The position numbers and the translations under genes were made by a program. Below are positions 1 through 12,500 of a stretch of DNA of 64,000 nucleotides, piece by piece. A model generated the notes under the pieces. The model was not told the DNA's origin. It saw only the letters and a list, made by a program, of their open reading frames with translations, and did no database searches. Source of the stretch: Podarcis cretensis. Taxonomy: Eukaryota. The stretch lies in NCBI GenBank assembly GCA_951804945.1, contig OX638151.1, forward strand, positions 81,716,001 through 81,780,000, given 5' to 3'. Within the stretch, counting starts at the first letter, position 1, and every line of letters begins with the position of its first letter.

Positions 1-435
1 ATTGCGATTAGGGAGCTTGATCAGACAAAATGATCCCACAGCTTTCTTGCTGTGTCCTGTGCCAGCAACTCTCAGATACCACAATCAGCCTTTAGTGGAT
101 TTGCAGAATGCTGTTCTCGTTTTGCTTATGATTAGTGCTCAGAAAAATGGCGTGAAAAATAAATGTGGTTTTGAGGGGCAATTGAAAACTCACTGGCCCC
201 GCATGTAAGCAGTCTAGTTTTGCATTCCAGCTTCTCTCAAGCTGAGGCTTAGTTCAGGTTGCAGCTGAGCATTACAAGCTGGGCAGATCTGTATCCTGAA
301 GCCGGTGACTTCAGATTTCAACAAACAACCCATTTGGAGTTTCGCCGGTTTCTTTTGAAATCATTCATTTGAGAGTTGCTGCAGAATTAGAATATAAGGA
401 TTTCAGCATTTGTTATAAATTTGATCTTTCATCTG

Positions 436-470
436 TTTTTTGTTTGTTTGTTTGTTTGTTTGTTTGTTTT
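436..470. repeat. (TTTG)n microsatellite acting as the acceptor tract
   Basis: Direct reading. Confidence 0.9.
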
Positions 471-472
471 AG

Positions 473-562
473 GTAGTGTGTCTATTCAGGGACATTTTTG
501 GTCAGGATGCTGAACCATATATGGGTTCCAGACAGTTCCACATCACTCCTTATGATGTCCAG
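473..562 (+). CDS. MDN1: MDN1 exon w1
   Basis: tag|...|gtgaga; VVCLFRDIFGQ..YDVQ. Confidence 0.88.
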
Positions 563-3500
563 GTGAGAGAGAACAAAAGTTGCTGCTACTTGGGCATCTT
601 CTTGAACTTCTGCTCCACACTATACATGCACACTTATGCACTTGCTTATTTTGTTTTTAATTCTACTGAAGGTTGGTTTCTCAATCCTCTCCCGCGCAAA
701 CTATGCTCCTCCTCCTGGCAGAAACTTATCCCTGCTTCACCATTCACTCCAGCCCTTGGAGTCCATCATGAAATGTGTGCATATGAGTTGGATGGTGATA
801 TTGGTAGGCCCTGCGGCTGCTGGCAAGACCAGCCTCATTCAGCTTCTAGCATATCTGACAGGTCATCAGTTGAAGATCATGGCGATGAACAGTTCTATGG
901 ATACAACCGAGCTGTTAGGTGGATTTGAGCAAGTAAGTGTGCATTTTTTAAATTTGGGAATAAGGACAAGTCAAGTGCATACAAGATACCACTTAACTTA
1001 AATTTGAGGAGTATATGAATGGGCAAAGTTTAAATGTCTTAACTGAAAGCAAGAAAGAAACACCTCTAATTGGTTTCCAAAACCGTGCTGAAGGAACCCA
1101 GTGGGAAGTGGTGGTTCAAGCAGTGACCAATGTAATAAATGTCCTATAGGTTGACATCATTAGGCCTTGGAAGAGCTTGCTGGAGAAGGTGGAGAACGTT
1201 GTAAGCACACTTCTAAGGGACAGCCTTCTCCTCACTGCTATCTGTCCAGAAGATGCTGAAATTGTGCTGCGTGCCTGGAGCAGTTTCGTTCTAAATTTCA
1301 AGCCAAAGTCCCTTGGGGAAGGGAATCAAAACATAACCATTGAACTGGTGAACAAATTGGAGGGAGTCCTTGCACTGGTCCAGCGGCTGAACAACAAGAT
1401 CAGCTCCTACTCAAAGCCAGGTATGCACAGAAGCAGTAGGAAGTGATAGCGTTTTTCCCTTTTAAAATGTCATCAGCTAAGCATGTGCAAATTCCAGTTG
1501 CTGCATTCCACCAGAGAAGGCAAAAACCACAAAGCATTTTAAAGACTGCTCTGATGTTACCAGGAAGACATTTTCATGGCGAGAGATGGTGTGTCTTTAT
1601 GGAGCAGTTGTCAACTGAGATAAATGTGTACAAATGTGACCAGAGGAAAAATATGAGTATTTGTGGTGCCACATGGTCTAGACATGTGTGCAACCACCTC
1701 TCTATGTTCCTGCACCCACTAGCATTCAGCCGAAGTGTGCAGGAACTTTACATGTACAGTGATGAATGCACATAGAGCACTTGTGAGCAAGCCACCCAGG
1801 TCCATATTTATTAAAGCAACATAATCTGCGGAAGCACAAAGCATAATTATTTGCTTCCTTAAAGATTTTTCCAGCCTTCATCACAGTTATGGTTGCTCCG
1901 CTCCCCCACACCAGTTAGCAATAGTCTATTATGTTTATCATTCTGTGAATATTAAAGACATTCTCCCTTTTTAATGAAAACCTGGTTGATCTACATGCAT
2001 TAGTTTAGACATCACATCTTGTCGAAGCTAATGCAAAGATCTTATGATCACAACTGAACAAAGAAAGAGGGACCGTTTGTCTAAGTTGGCGAAGGATACT
2101 AGACTAAATAGTGAGCCAGTGTGGTGTAGTGGTTGAGAGCGGTAGTCTTGTAATCTGAGGAACCGGGTTCTCGTCTCCGCTCCTCCACATGCAGCTGCTG
2201 GGTGACCTTGGGCCAGTCACACTTCCTTGAAGTCTCTCAGCCCCACTCACCTCACAGAGTGTTTGTTGTGGGGGAGGAAGGGAAAGGAGAATGTTAGCCG
2301 CTTTGAGACTCCTTAAAGGAAGTGAAAGGCGGGATATCAAATCCAAACTCTTCTTCTTCTTCTTCTAAATGTAGTTGTGAAAAGCACTCTGTGTGAATTT
2401 TGAGTACTGGCTTATTGGTTCATTGAATCATATTCTAAGTATTTCTCCCCCCGGTTTTAGAGTTTTCAAGACTTGTAGAAGAATTTCGGCACTTCAAGCT
2501 GCAGGTTATTCAGTATATGAGCAGCAGCAACCACGGCACATTTGAATGGGTTGATGGGATGTTGGTTCAGGCTTTGCAGTCCGGAGAATGGCTCTTGATG
2601 GACAATGTTAACTTCTGCAGGTAAGCGCAACTGTGTTGTTAGAAAGAAATTATCATAAATATAGAAAACCACACTGGATAAATGTCATTGAATCTCTGTT
2701 ACAAATCATGTACCAGATCAAAGAGAGAAATTCAAGGAGTAGATCATCATTTACTGTTTCAAAGGAAACTGGATTATACAGTTATCTCCCATCTACTCAA
2801 GGAGGTCCTTTGCTCTAGCAGACACTTCCGTGAACAGAAGGGGGAAGTCATAAGGCAATTTTTGCTTATTTCTCCCTTCTCTCTGTAGCCTGCTGTGACA
2901 CCCCCCAAAAAAAAATAGAATTCCTGCTCCAGAGGGTTAGGGAACACTTTGGAAAAGGAGGAGGCAATGCAGAAGAAAGGGGGAAGTTTGCAAAAAATTG
3001 CACAAATTGCTTTCCCCTCCCTTCCAGTCACAGAAGCATCCACTGGGGCAAAGAGTCTTTGTTGAGCAGAGGGGACAGAACTGGACACCATCCCATGATA
3101 TTTCTGCATTACTTCCGTATATCTGATGCTATAAAACTGATCAGATTGAGCAGGGCAGGGGGGGGGGAGGAATACTCCTTCCATTATGAAGCCAAATGAA
3201 TGCTTGCAGTTCTTAGTAAATCAGTGAGCCACCTTTAGTGCTTAATTGTTCCTTTACTTCTTGTGTGTAGTCCTTCTGTGCTAGACCGCTTGAATGCTCT
3301 GCTTGAACCTGGAGGAGTCCTCACCATGAGTGAAAGAGGAGTGATTGATGGTGTAACCCCCACTATCACACCGCATCCAAATTTCAGGTGCGCTGACATT
3401 CTTTGTGCTTATTGGAGTGTGTTGTTGGATTATGCTTTGAGAGTTGCAGTATGCACTGGGGTGGGAACACCGTCTCTTTAGGGTATCACTACTGCAGCCT

Positions 3501-6500
3501 TGAAAATAAGTGTAGGTTTGATCATCGCTCAGCTGGGTCAACCAAGTGATGTATTGCTTGATAGTTTTCTCTTAGCACCCCCCCTTTTTTTTACAACAAG
3601 GTTATTTGTCTTCCTTTGCTGGGCAGCAAAGCAGTGTGGTGCACGAATGCTAGTCTCTCCACCTTCTCTGAACTGCATGTGTATATGCAGGCACGCACGC
3701 ACACATACGTTTTCATTCTCTGCTTAATTATTGCCTTTAGATTGTTACTGGATTCTTGTGTTTTTTAAAAAAATAATTTCCTCCTTTTCTGTATAAAGCC
3801 TAGAGAGCATTTGCTATTTGGGTGTCCAGCAAGTTTAATAAAGCAGGTTGGGGAGGTTGGTTGGTTAGAGTGCGGTGTTGATAATGCCAAGGTTGCAGGC
3901 TTGATCCCTGTATAGGGACAGTTGCATATTCCTTCACTGCAGGGGGCTGGAATCAATGATCCTCAGGGTCCCTTCCAACTCTACAATTCTTTGATTCTAA
4001 GTAGGATAAGGAGAGGAGGAAGCCATGAAAGTAGCAGCCACAACATGCCTCTGTGTTCACCTAGCCAAGACAGTAGAACAGTGTGGTTAGTTCCCTCTTC
4101 TGCCAAGGCAGAGTTCCCTGGTGGTGGAGAGGAGGCAGTTCAGGGGTGCAATAAGCATTTTTTTAAAAAAACTTTGTGCATAGGGAAGAGCCAGACAAAC
4201 CAAGTACCCCTCTAATAGAAACTCAGCTTAGAAATGTACTGTTGGTATTTCTCTTATCAAGGTGATAACCTTGATCGCTAAACATTGCAGGCAAGTGCCT
4301 AATTGCAAGGCTGTAGTGTGACCTCTTCCTCGCTCGCTCCACCCCAGGAGCAGCAGTGTAAGATTACATACTGGATGGGTAACTTAAATAACCATACTCT
4401 CTTATGTGTATTGAAACTTAAAAAGGCTTTTCCTTTCGATGGATCCATCACACGGTGAAATATCCCGAGCCATGCGGAATCGTGGAATTGAGATCTACGT
4501 TCCTGGAGAGAGTGATTCATTGGATCTTCACGATGTGAAGCTGCTGCTTCATGGAATGGGCTTGTTTGGAAGCAGCATATGTGATGAGCTCGTGGCTGTG
4601 CATACAGAAGCTAAGGAAAGCATAGCAGGTGAGATAAGCATGCATAATAAACTTGGCAAGCGCTAAAGAGAATAACTTCTATTTAGTGATTGTGTTAGAG
4701 ACCATCTGAGAGAGAGAATGAATTGGGAAATTTTGATTATGATTTCAGATTTATAATACGGAAGTTAGCTCAGGTAGGTGGTTTGAAAAAGGGGGAAAGC
4801 AAAAAAAAATGGTTAAATTCCTAGGCATTCTACAAAGGTGCTTGGTGGGTTGTAATGTTAATTTTTCCTTCTCAGGTTCCTCTTACACTCTATCTGCTTT
4901 GATTAATGCTGCAACGCTGATCGTGCAGCAGTTGCGCCGAGGATTCGGTTTAGCAAAGAGCTTCTATAAAGCGTGTTGGGACATCTACGTCAGTTCACAA
5001 CAGTCAGGAGACAATCAAAAGGTAAGTCTTCCTCCATTGGAAATGTGCTCATCAAGTGTTTGTGCTAGAGAGTCAACTTTTGCAAAATCAGTGAGAGACA
5101 GTTCAAAGTCTGAGCAATCAAGAATTAGAGACCATGTATATATCTATCTTTTCAAACTAACTGCTACATTTTAATTGTTTTCCATGCCTGAGAAAAATGT
5201 TACAGATAGAAGACTACTGTTGTTGTTTTTCCCAGTTGAAGAACCTAATCGCAACCCTTTGTCTCTCCTGATATACTAGCATATGCTGGACTTGATAATG
5301 AAGCATGTTTCAGTCTTGGATTCAGAGGAAACGAGGGGTGCTTCCCTCCTTGCCTTAGGATTGTGGCCGGATTCTGCATCCAGTGCTTTGTTTGCAGCTG
5401 AAGACTCTCTGCTTTCTATGGTTCATCACGATGGCCAGGTCCTGGCTTACTGCCTGAACAGGCTGAATCTGAGAAACAGCAGGTGAGCACAAGGTGTTGC
5501 TATCCCTCTGGAAATATAAGAGTGAACTGTTCCAGGTTAATTGGTGAGCAGCCTTTTGCCTGCCCCTCTATGTAAATAAGTGAGCAACGTTAGCAGTTAC
5601 ATCTGCACTGGGCTACCATAGTTAAGGCCGTTTTCCTGCCTCCACTCTCTTTGTTTACAAGGTAGCAAGCAGCTCTCATTCCCTATACCTGCAAAGCTTA
5701 AGCTGCTTTCAAATGTGGGGTTTATTGTGTTGCTATTTTGGTTATAATGCTAGCCCTGCTCTACCGGTTTCTAACATTCCTTTCACACTGCATTACCTGT
5801 TGCGTTATGGAACCGTGGCTTTTTGATGGATATACCACCATGTCATGCTAAAAGTTCTCACCAGTGGGCGTGACGTGACGGGTGTCATTGGGCATTTCAC
5901 CCCCCTCTATATGCATACATGCTTCAGTTCCCCCATTGTTCACCCATGAAAATGTTGGAGGGAGGGGAACTGTATGATGGACTACCTACTCTACTAGATG
6001 TCATCACATGAAAACGGCAGGGAAATTACAGCTCAAAACTACTGAGATATTCCAGGTTAATGGGATGGTGCACAGTTGCTGTTGTTTTTCTGGAAGCAGT
6101 TAACATGGAAATGAGCATTGAACTTCCATTAGGTCCCACAGATTTCCAGATATGTCTTACATCATGTGAAAGATCACATAAAATGTGGGTGTTACCACAT
6201 TTTTTAATAGTGCATGTTGGAAAAATGGAATACTGTAAAGCGTCAATTCTGGACGTGGCAATAGTTTGAAAGCATGGTTTCAGTGTCCAGCTGGGATTTT
6301 ACTCAGAGTTAAGGCAACACACCATGGTTACTTCTAACATGTTTAGAGGTTAAATCTCCTCTAGGCCTTTGGAAATTGTATAGATGGTTTGTTCTTTGCA
6401 TAGGTATGATCTTCTTACAATGACCTCTCGTTTCAGGATGCTGCCTCTCACTATACATGACTTTGAGAAAATCCTGCACTCTCCTAATCCAGATTGCCTC

Positions 6501-9500
6501 AAATTTGGTGCAGTGGAAGCTAGTGCTTCTTGGGCAGACGGCATGGAGGTCCTTTCTGCAGCCGTTAAGTTATTCATAGAGAAAGCAACGAATCAAGACT
6601 GGACGTTGAGAGTTGGGTGGCTTAATCAGTTAAAAAAGAATTTGCCACAAGTGCCTGGTAAGTGTTGACTCTTGCTGCTTAAGCAAGACTAATCTGAATG
6701 TTTCTGGTGGTGGAAGAGAATCATGTAGCACGATCCTATGCTTGAGTTTTGTAAGTAAATGTAGAGAGATGGAGGAAGTCAAAAGCACAGCATCACCAGA
6801 ATAGTGTGTGCAATAAGTGAGTGAAAGGAAATAGTGTCTCATGGCCAAAAAAAAAAAAAAAAAAAATTAGACTCTCAACCCCAAAACTGGAATTTCTTGG
6901 CTCTGTGGCCTGCAGCTGCTTCTTGGCCTCTGATAATAATAACCATACCCATCTGGCTGGGTTTCTCTAGCTCACAACTGATTTCATATGTTGATACCAA
7001 TTCAGCTTTATCTTGATTAATTGACTGCATTCTCCGCACGGGTTGGCTTTCTTCTCACAGCTGCCCCATGAATACCCCACTCATTCAGGTTGCTGGACTT
7101 TCAGCGCGTCACCTGATGTGTAAGGAGCTGCAGCTAATAGGAAGTAGCCCCCCCCCCCAATATATGCACAGGAGATTTTGGTCCTTATGCATGGGGTGGA
7201 AGGCGCTTTGGGATTGGATCGCAGTGGAATCCTTTGGCAGTCCATGTGTTTTGATTCGTGGGACCCAGCACGTTTAATTGAAATTACACTGTTCTGTTTC
7301 GCTTCACTCGTTTTATAATTGTCATGGCTCTGTCTGTTTTCATCATTGTGCAGTATACTGCTGCAACCTGCCCTGACGATGAAGGGCGAGTAAGAATTCT
7401 TACCAGCCTATAAATAAAAATAATAAGCTTAGAAAGGCATGAATTCACAGGTCGTCTTGTTTCTACAGATTCAGTTTATACTCAGCTAGAAGCCGGTGCA
7501 GCATCCCTGAATAATTTTTACTTCAGTCCCCTCTCAGGTGCGATCAGTAATGTAATAAAGTTGCTGCAACCAAATATGACCGGTAAGATGTCTTATTTCT
7601 CTCTTGGCTGCGAGTGTGTATTCTCTTCCTGCGTTTTTGATACAGTGAAGATTGATTTGCGATATTGATGAGGTTATGGGGAGTGAAACGTAGCTTGCAA
7701 CAGAACTGAGTGGGCTGTGTTTTGTTTTTTAAAAAACACACCTTTCATTGGGCTTAGAAAATGCTACTCCACGTAAAATAAGATGCAATAAATTGCATAT
7801 TGGAACCTACCCCACGTTTGTTCCCATTTAAACAATCTCATCTCCTTTACGCAGTGAACATGTGTAACATGTCTTGCAACCTGTTCATGCTGATGCATAT
7901 TGCTCGCTTTGTTTCTTGGATTGAGGGAGTTGGAAAATGTTTATACAGTGGTACCTCAGGTAAAGTACTTAATTCATTCCAGAGGTCCGTTCTTAACCTG
8001 AAACTGTTCTTAACCTGAAGCACCACTTTAGCTAATGGGGCCTCCTGTTGCTGCCGCACCACCAGAGCACAATTTCTGTTCTCATCCTGAAGCAAAGTTC
8101 TTAACCTGAAGCACTAGCGGAGTCTGTAACCTGAAGCATATGTAACCTGAGTTACCACTGTAATGAAAACAAATGTGAGTTTTCCTTGTTGTTCATCTAT
8201 CAAAACAGATGAGCATGTGATTCCTATGGATCCCAGATGGAACATGCAGTGTTTGGATATCATTAGCAATTCAGTGGATTTTGAAGCAGAAGAACACTCA
8301 GATCAGCTGCTTATCCTGCTGAAATCACTTTCAAATCGGTGAGTTCATCACACATGTGCTATATCCGGGATGGAGAAACCCTGTGACCCTTCAGATGTTT
8401 TTGGTCTCCCAACTCTCCCCATATGCTTCAGCCATCATGGCCGATGGCCAGGCATGATGGGTGTCGTAGTTCCAGCAACATGTGGAGGACCAATTGGTAT
8501 CCACCTTCATTCTGTTATTTTGATTAGAAAAGTTAGTTTGTCATTTCCACGTTCTATAATAATGTCTTTCCCTTTTTAAGTTGGTTGATAGTCTATAATT
8601 GTCACAGATTTCCCCCTGCTTAAACTGCTAAAAACAACAATCAATCAATCAATCAATCAATCCCTGGCTCTGTTTTCTTTTGGAAGGCAAGTTGTATGTC
8701 AGGCCTGGTCGTTGTCCTCTTCAGATCACCACACAAACGCTTCTTGTTGTTTTATAACTTTTTATTGTGTATTAACAAAACAATCTTATAAATGGTTCTT
8801 AGCTATTATTCCTCAGAGTCACTTATTTCAGATACCTTCTGAGCTCTGCTTCTCAGATATCTTAAATGATATCCATGTGGGTTTGTTGTGTTGTGATTAC
8901 AGGGCAATACTGTTTCTGGACCGTGAAAAAAAGAGCTATGTTGAAAGGAGCTTGATTAATACCAAAAAGCCAAGAACTAGTGCTTTGAGGATGTCACTGG
9001 AGTTCCATAAAGGTATCTATTGTATTTCCATTAAAAATTACTTAAATGAATCATTGATGTTGTTTTTGTAGCACGGTGCTTGGATACAGTTCTGCATTTT
9101 CTTTTGGTTTAATTTTCTGCATTATCTTTTGGTTTAATTTTATTATTGAAATGAAGATCCCGGCAGCCACAGCTCACTGCCACATGCTATTGTGGTGAAC
9201 CTCGCAGGCTTTTTTGAACTTTGGGATGCCTTCGTGCTGAACTGGGTGAAGTCTACTCAAGGGTCTGTGTCTGATGAAAAAATGTATGAAGTAAGTAGAC
9301 CATACAAACATCTAGGGTCACCCATTACTTGGACTTTAGGAGGTGTCCACTTACTTTCCCTGTGTTACGGTCTCTGATCTTTTTGTCATACCATTTTGTT
9401 TGAAAGTGGAAACCTGGAAAGAGGACATGAAATCCACCTGTCTTTTCCAGTTGCTTGGAGGATCGGGCAAAGTGGTTAGTCACATTCAAGAGATTCCTCT

Positions 9501-12500
9501 GACTTAGGAATAAGAGCTCGTCTAAAACTGATAAAGGTTTTGCCTAGTTTGAACTGTAGGGAAATAGTGTGCCCCTGTAAAGATACGTACATGCCAGAAC
9601 GAAGCCAAGGATCCATGAATGATTGCAGAAATGGAAAGCTAATCATCTTCATGCCAAAGGATAAGCTAAACTGCAAGAACTTGAGTGCTACTTCCCATGC
9701 TCCAGCTTTCTGTTTTTCTGATCTACTGTAATTTGTTCTGATCTACTGAAATCTGTTTCCAGAAAGCTGCTGTTTTCTGGAGCACAGCCTGGATGGGTCA
9801 TGGAAGCTGCCTTAAGAGATACTCTGAGCAATGACCACAGGGAGTCTACTTCAGGCTCATAGCTCAGTGGGTGAAGTGCAAGAGGTTACCCTCCTGAGAC
9901 ACCAAAGGTTGGAAGGTGCAATTTTTGCCTAGCAGCTTGTGTTATCCTAGACTTGCACCTTTTCCGTCTCAGACGTAAAGTCTCAGGAATGAAGGTGTCT
10001 TTCTGCTCAAACAAGGCCCTTTTGGATTTAAGACGTGTGTCAATTCCTAATGATAAAAGAACAGTGTTCTCCACCTGAAAAAGTATTACTGTGTGCATCA
10101 TGGGATGGAAGACTCATTTTTTTTCTGGCTTGCCTCTAGATACTGCACTGCTTATTGTGGCGTGACAGGTTTTGGACGATATCGGACATGGTTGCTGTGG
10201 ATTCCTCTGGCTTGGCACTCCTGTCTCTTCACTGGCACTGGGTTGTGAAACATTTAATCAGCAGGACAACTAAGTTGCTGAGCACATACGAGCAGCAGAA
10301 GTATGTTGTCTTTAGCTTGTACACCAATGCATTAAATCTGAAGGCAGCCTTCTATAGGGAAGCTTTTTAAGGTTTAAGGTTTTATTATGTTGCCTCTATA
10401 TCCTGGGATTAGCAGGTATAAAGTCCCTGCACAGAGGTATTCTTAGTGTTCCCTGTAGGTAATCATATCAAGATGGCTATGTACCATCTATAATTCAGTT
10501 TTATTAGCAAACCTGAGGTTAAATTAACCCCTTTCCAGCCCTAGGAGGAGTGCGGGGTGTGTTTGCGTGACACAACTACACACTGCAGCCGACACACTAA
10601 TGTGTCGTGACACACTGTTTGCAAAGCTCTGGACTGGGGGAATGAGGTTCCATAGGTTGCTGTATATCCAGGCTGCATGAATGGTTTGATGACCAATCTT
10701 ACCTTTTCTCAGTTTTCTGTATAAACAATTACTCCTTCTCTTATTTTAAGGCTGCCCAAGGATATTCAGTCTGCCTCACAACAAATCCAGGCTTGCCTAG
10801 CCAATCCTGCTGGTGTTTCTGCTAGTGTTAAGAAGCTGCAGAAGTTTTGGGGAAGACCTCTTCCATTCAAGGTGCAATGTATTTATATGTAACTGAGTAC
10901 TGTTGACTTCTATGGAGGTTTCTCTTTGGTAATACATTTTAGAAAAACTGTTGTATTACACTGCTACCCTACCCATCTAGAATTATTTAAGGAACTCATG
11001 TCTCAGAGTTACAGAACTACTTATAGATATTTAAGAAGATGATCAAGTGAGTGTATGGATTTAGAAATATAAATACTCTCCTTTCAAGAAAAGCTAGACC
11101 AGACTTACTAAACACCCTACAGCGAGAGCCATAGTTAAGTGTCATCATCATCCTCATCATAATTTATTATGTATAGCCCACCCATCTGGTTGGGTTTCCC
11201 CAGAATGCATGCCTTGTGCACAGAAGTTCTCAAGATCAATCTTCAGATTCCTGCCAGAAAACCCAGAGAGCTTACTGCCATTCAGTGCACACAGTAGATG
11301 GACCAATCAGCTGACTTGTTTTCTGTGTTCCTAGATAGCAGTTCCTAGTACAGGATATCACTTTTGAATATACTTGCACAGCTATACAAATGCTCAGGCA
11401 GCAGATTTTTTAGTAGCATGCTTGTGCAGAAGCTGTGAGACCAATGGGGCCTGGCTTAGGAAATGAAGCAAACCGTTGAGCCTGCCTGTCCTGTCCTGCA
11501 GCACTGCTTCTACTAACTGGAGGCAAAAGTACCCACTCTCTTAGACAGAGTACTGCATACATACCAAAGTGTGCACCCTTAGTGTGGGGCATTCTCATGC
11601 TTTGGACTTTGGCACAATTGCCTAAAGGGTTGACTGCTGCATGCATGCATATAAATTATATGCACTCCTTCAGTCTTTACAGAAGAGGTCAGCATATGTG
11701 GTCTTCATGTGTTTTAGTAAAACAAAACAAAATAGTGTTCAATCTACTGATTTGGGAGTTGCCATTTTTATTTTTATTCAACTTATTCAGGATGTAGGAG
11801 TAGTGGATGCGTCTGTTCAGTTGTGGAAAATTTCCAAAGCACTTAATGTCCAGGAGCTGAGGCCCGCTATTGGAGATGGCGAATGGCAGAAGGAGGTCTG
11901 TATTCTGAAAATGGCCGCCACAGAGTGGAAAATCAAGACTGCATTGCTGCAGGCTCAAGGCCTAGTTCTCAGAGCCAATAATTTGAAGGATGTCATTTCA
12001 GGTAAATGATTTATTTGTGGTCAGGTGAAGCGAAGAACACCTCATAATGTTTGTACTACAGGTTACTTCAAATATATATTTTCATGTTCATATAGTAAGC
12101 TTCCGTGTTTCCTGCAAATGAACATAAAAATTCAGATAAAATTCATTTTTCCAGGTTTGTATTTTCCCCCCTGTTATATTTTGTGCTGATAAGTGAGTTT
12201 GTTTTTGCCTTAAATCTTATTTTGGTACAAGATTTTAGTTGCAGGCTGTTTCTATTCTTTATTTCTTTCAGATGAGTTATGGGCTCTGGTGAATCTCCAG
12301 CAGTCAAAGCTGAGGGAAGGAGGTGTCCTGCTTGAGCCTCTCAAAGAAAAGCCTGCTGAAGGCAAACAGGTGGATTCTAGTTTGATAACTCAGCTCTGCA
12401 ATAAGGTGCAACTGTGGCCTGCAATGGAGTATCTAGCTGTGCTTTGGCAGTACAAGCTAACCACTGATTGTATAGCCGAGGCTTCCTTGCAAAGGTGAGA

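Noticed and set aside
2113-2185. tRNA-like sequences (also at 3858, 13262 and 48550)
   Set aside because: SINE heads continuing into SINE bodies; not tRNA genes.
2588-2612. Degenerate Walker B (WLLMDN instead of hhhhDE) in AAA6
   Set aside because: As I recall it, this is the normal state of midasin AAA6, including in human; not lineage-specific.
9013-9020. GTATCT donors (9013, 26659, 51830) as possible U12 introns
   Set aside because: They do not match GTATCCTT; no GC-AG or AT-AC introns were needed for any junction.
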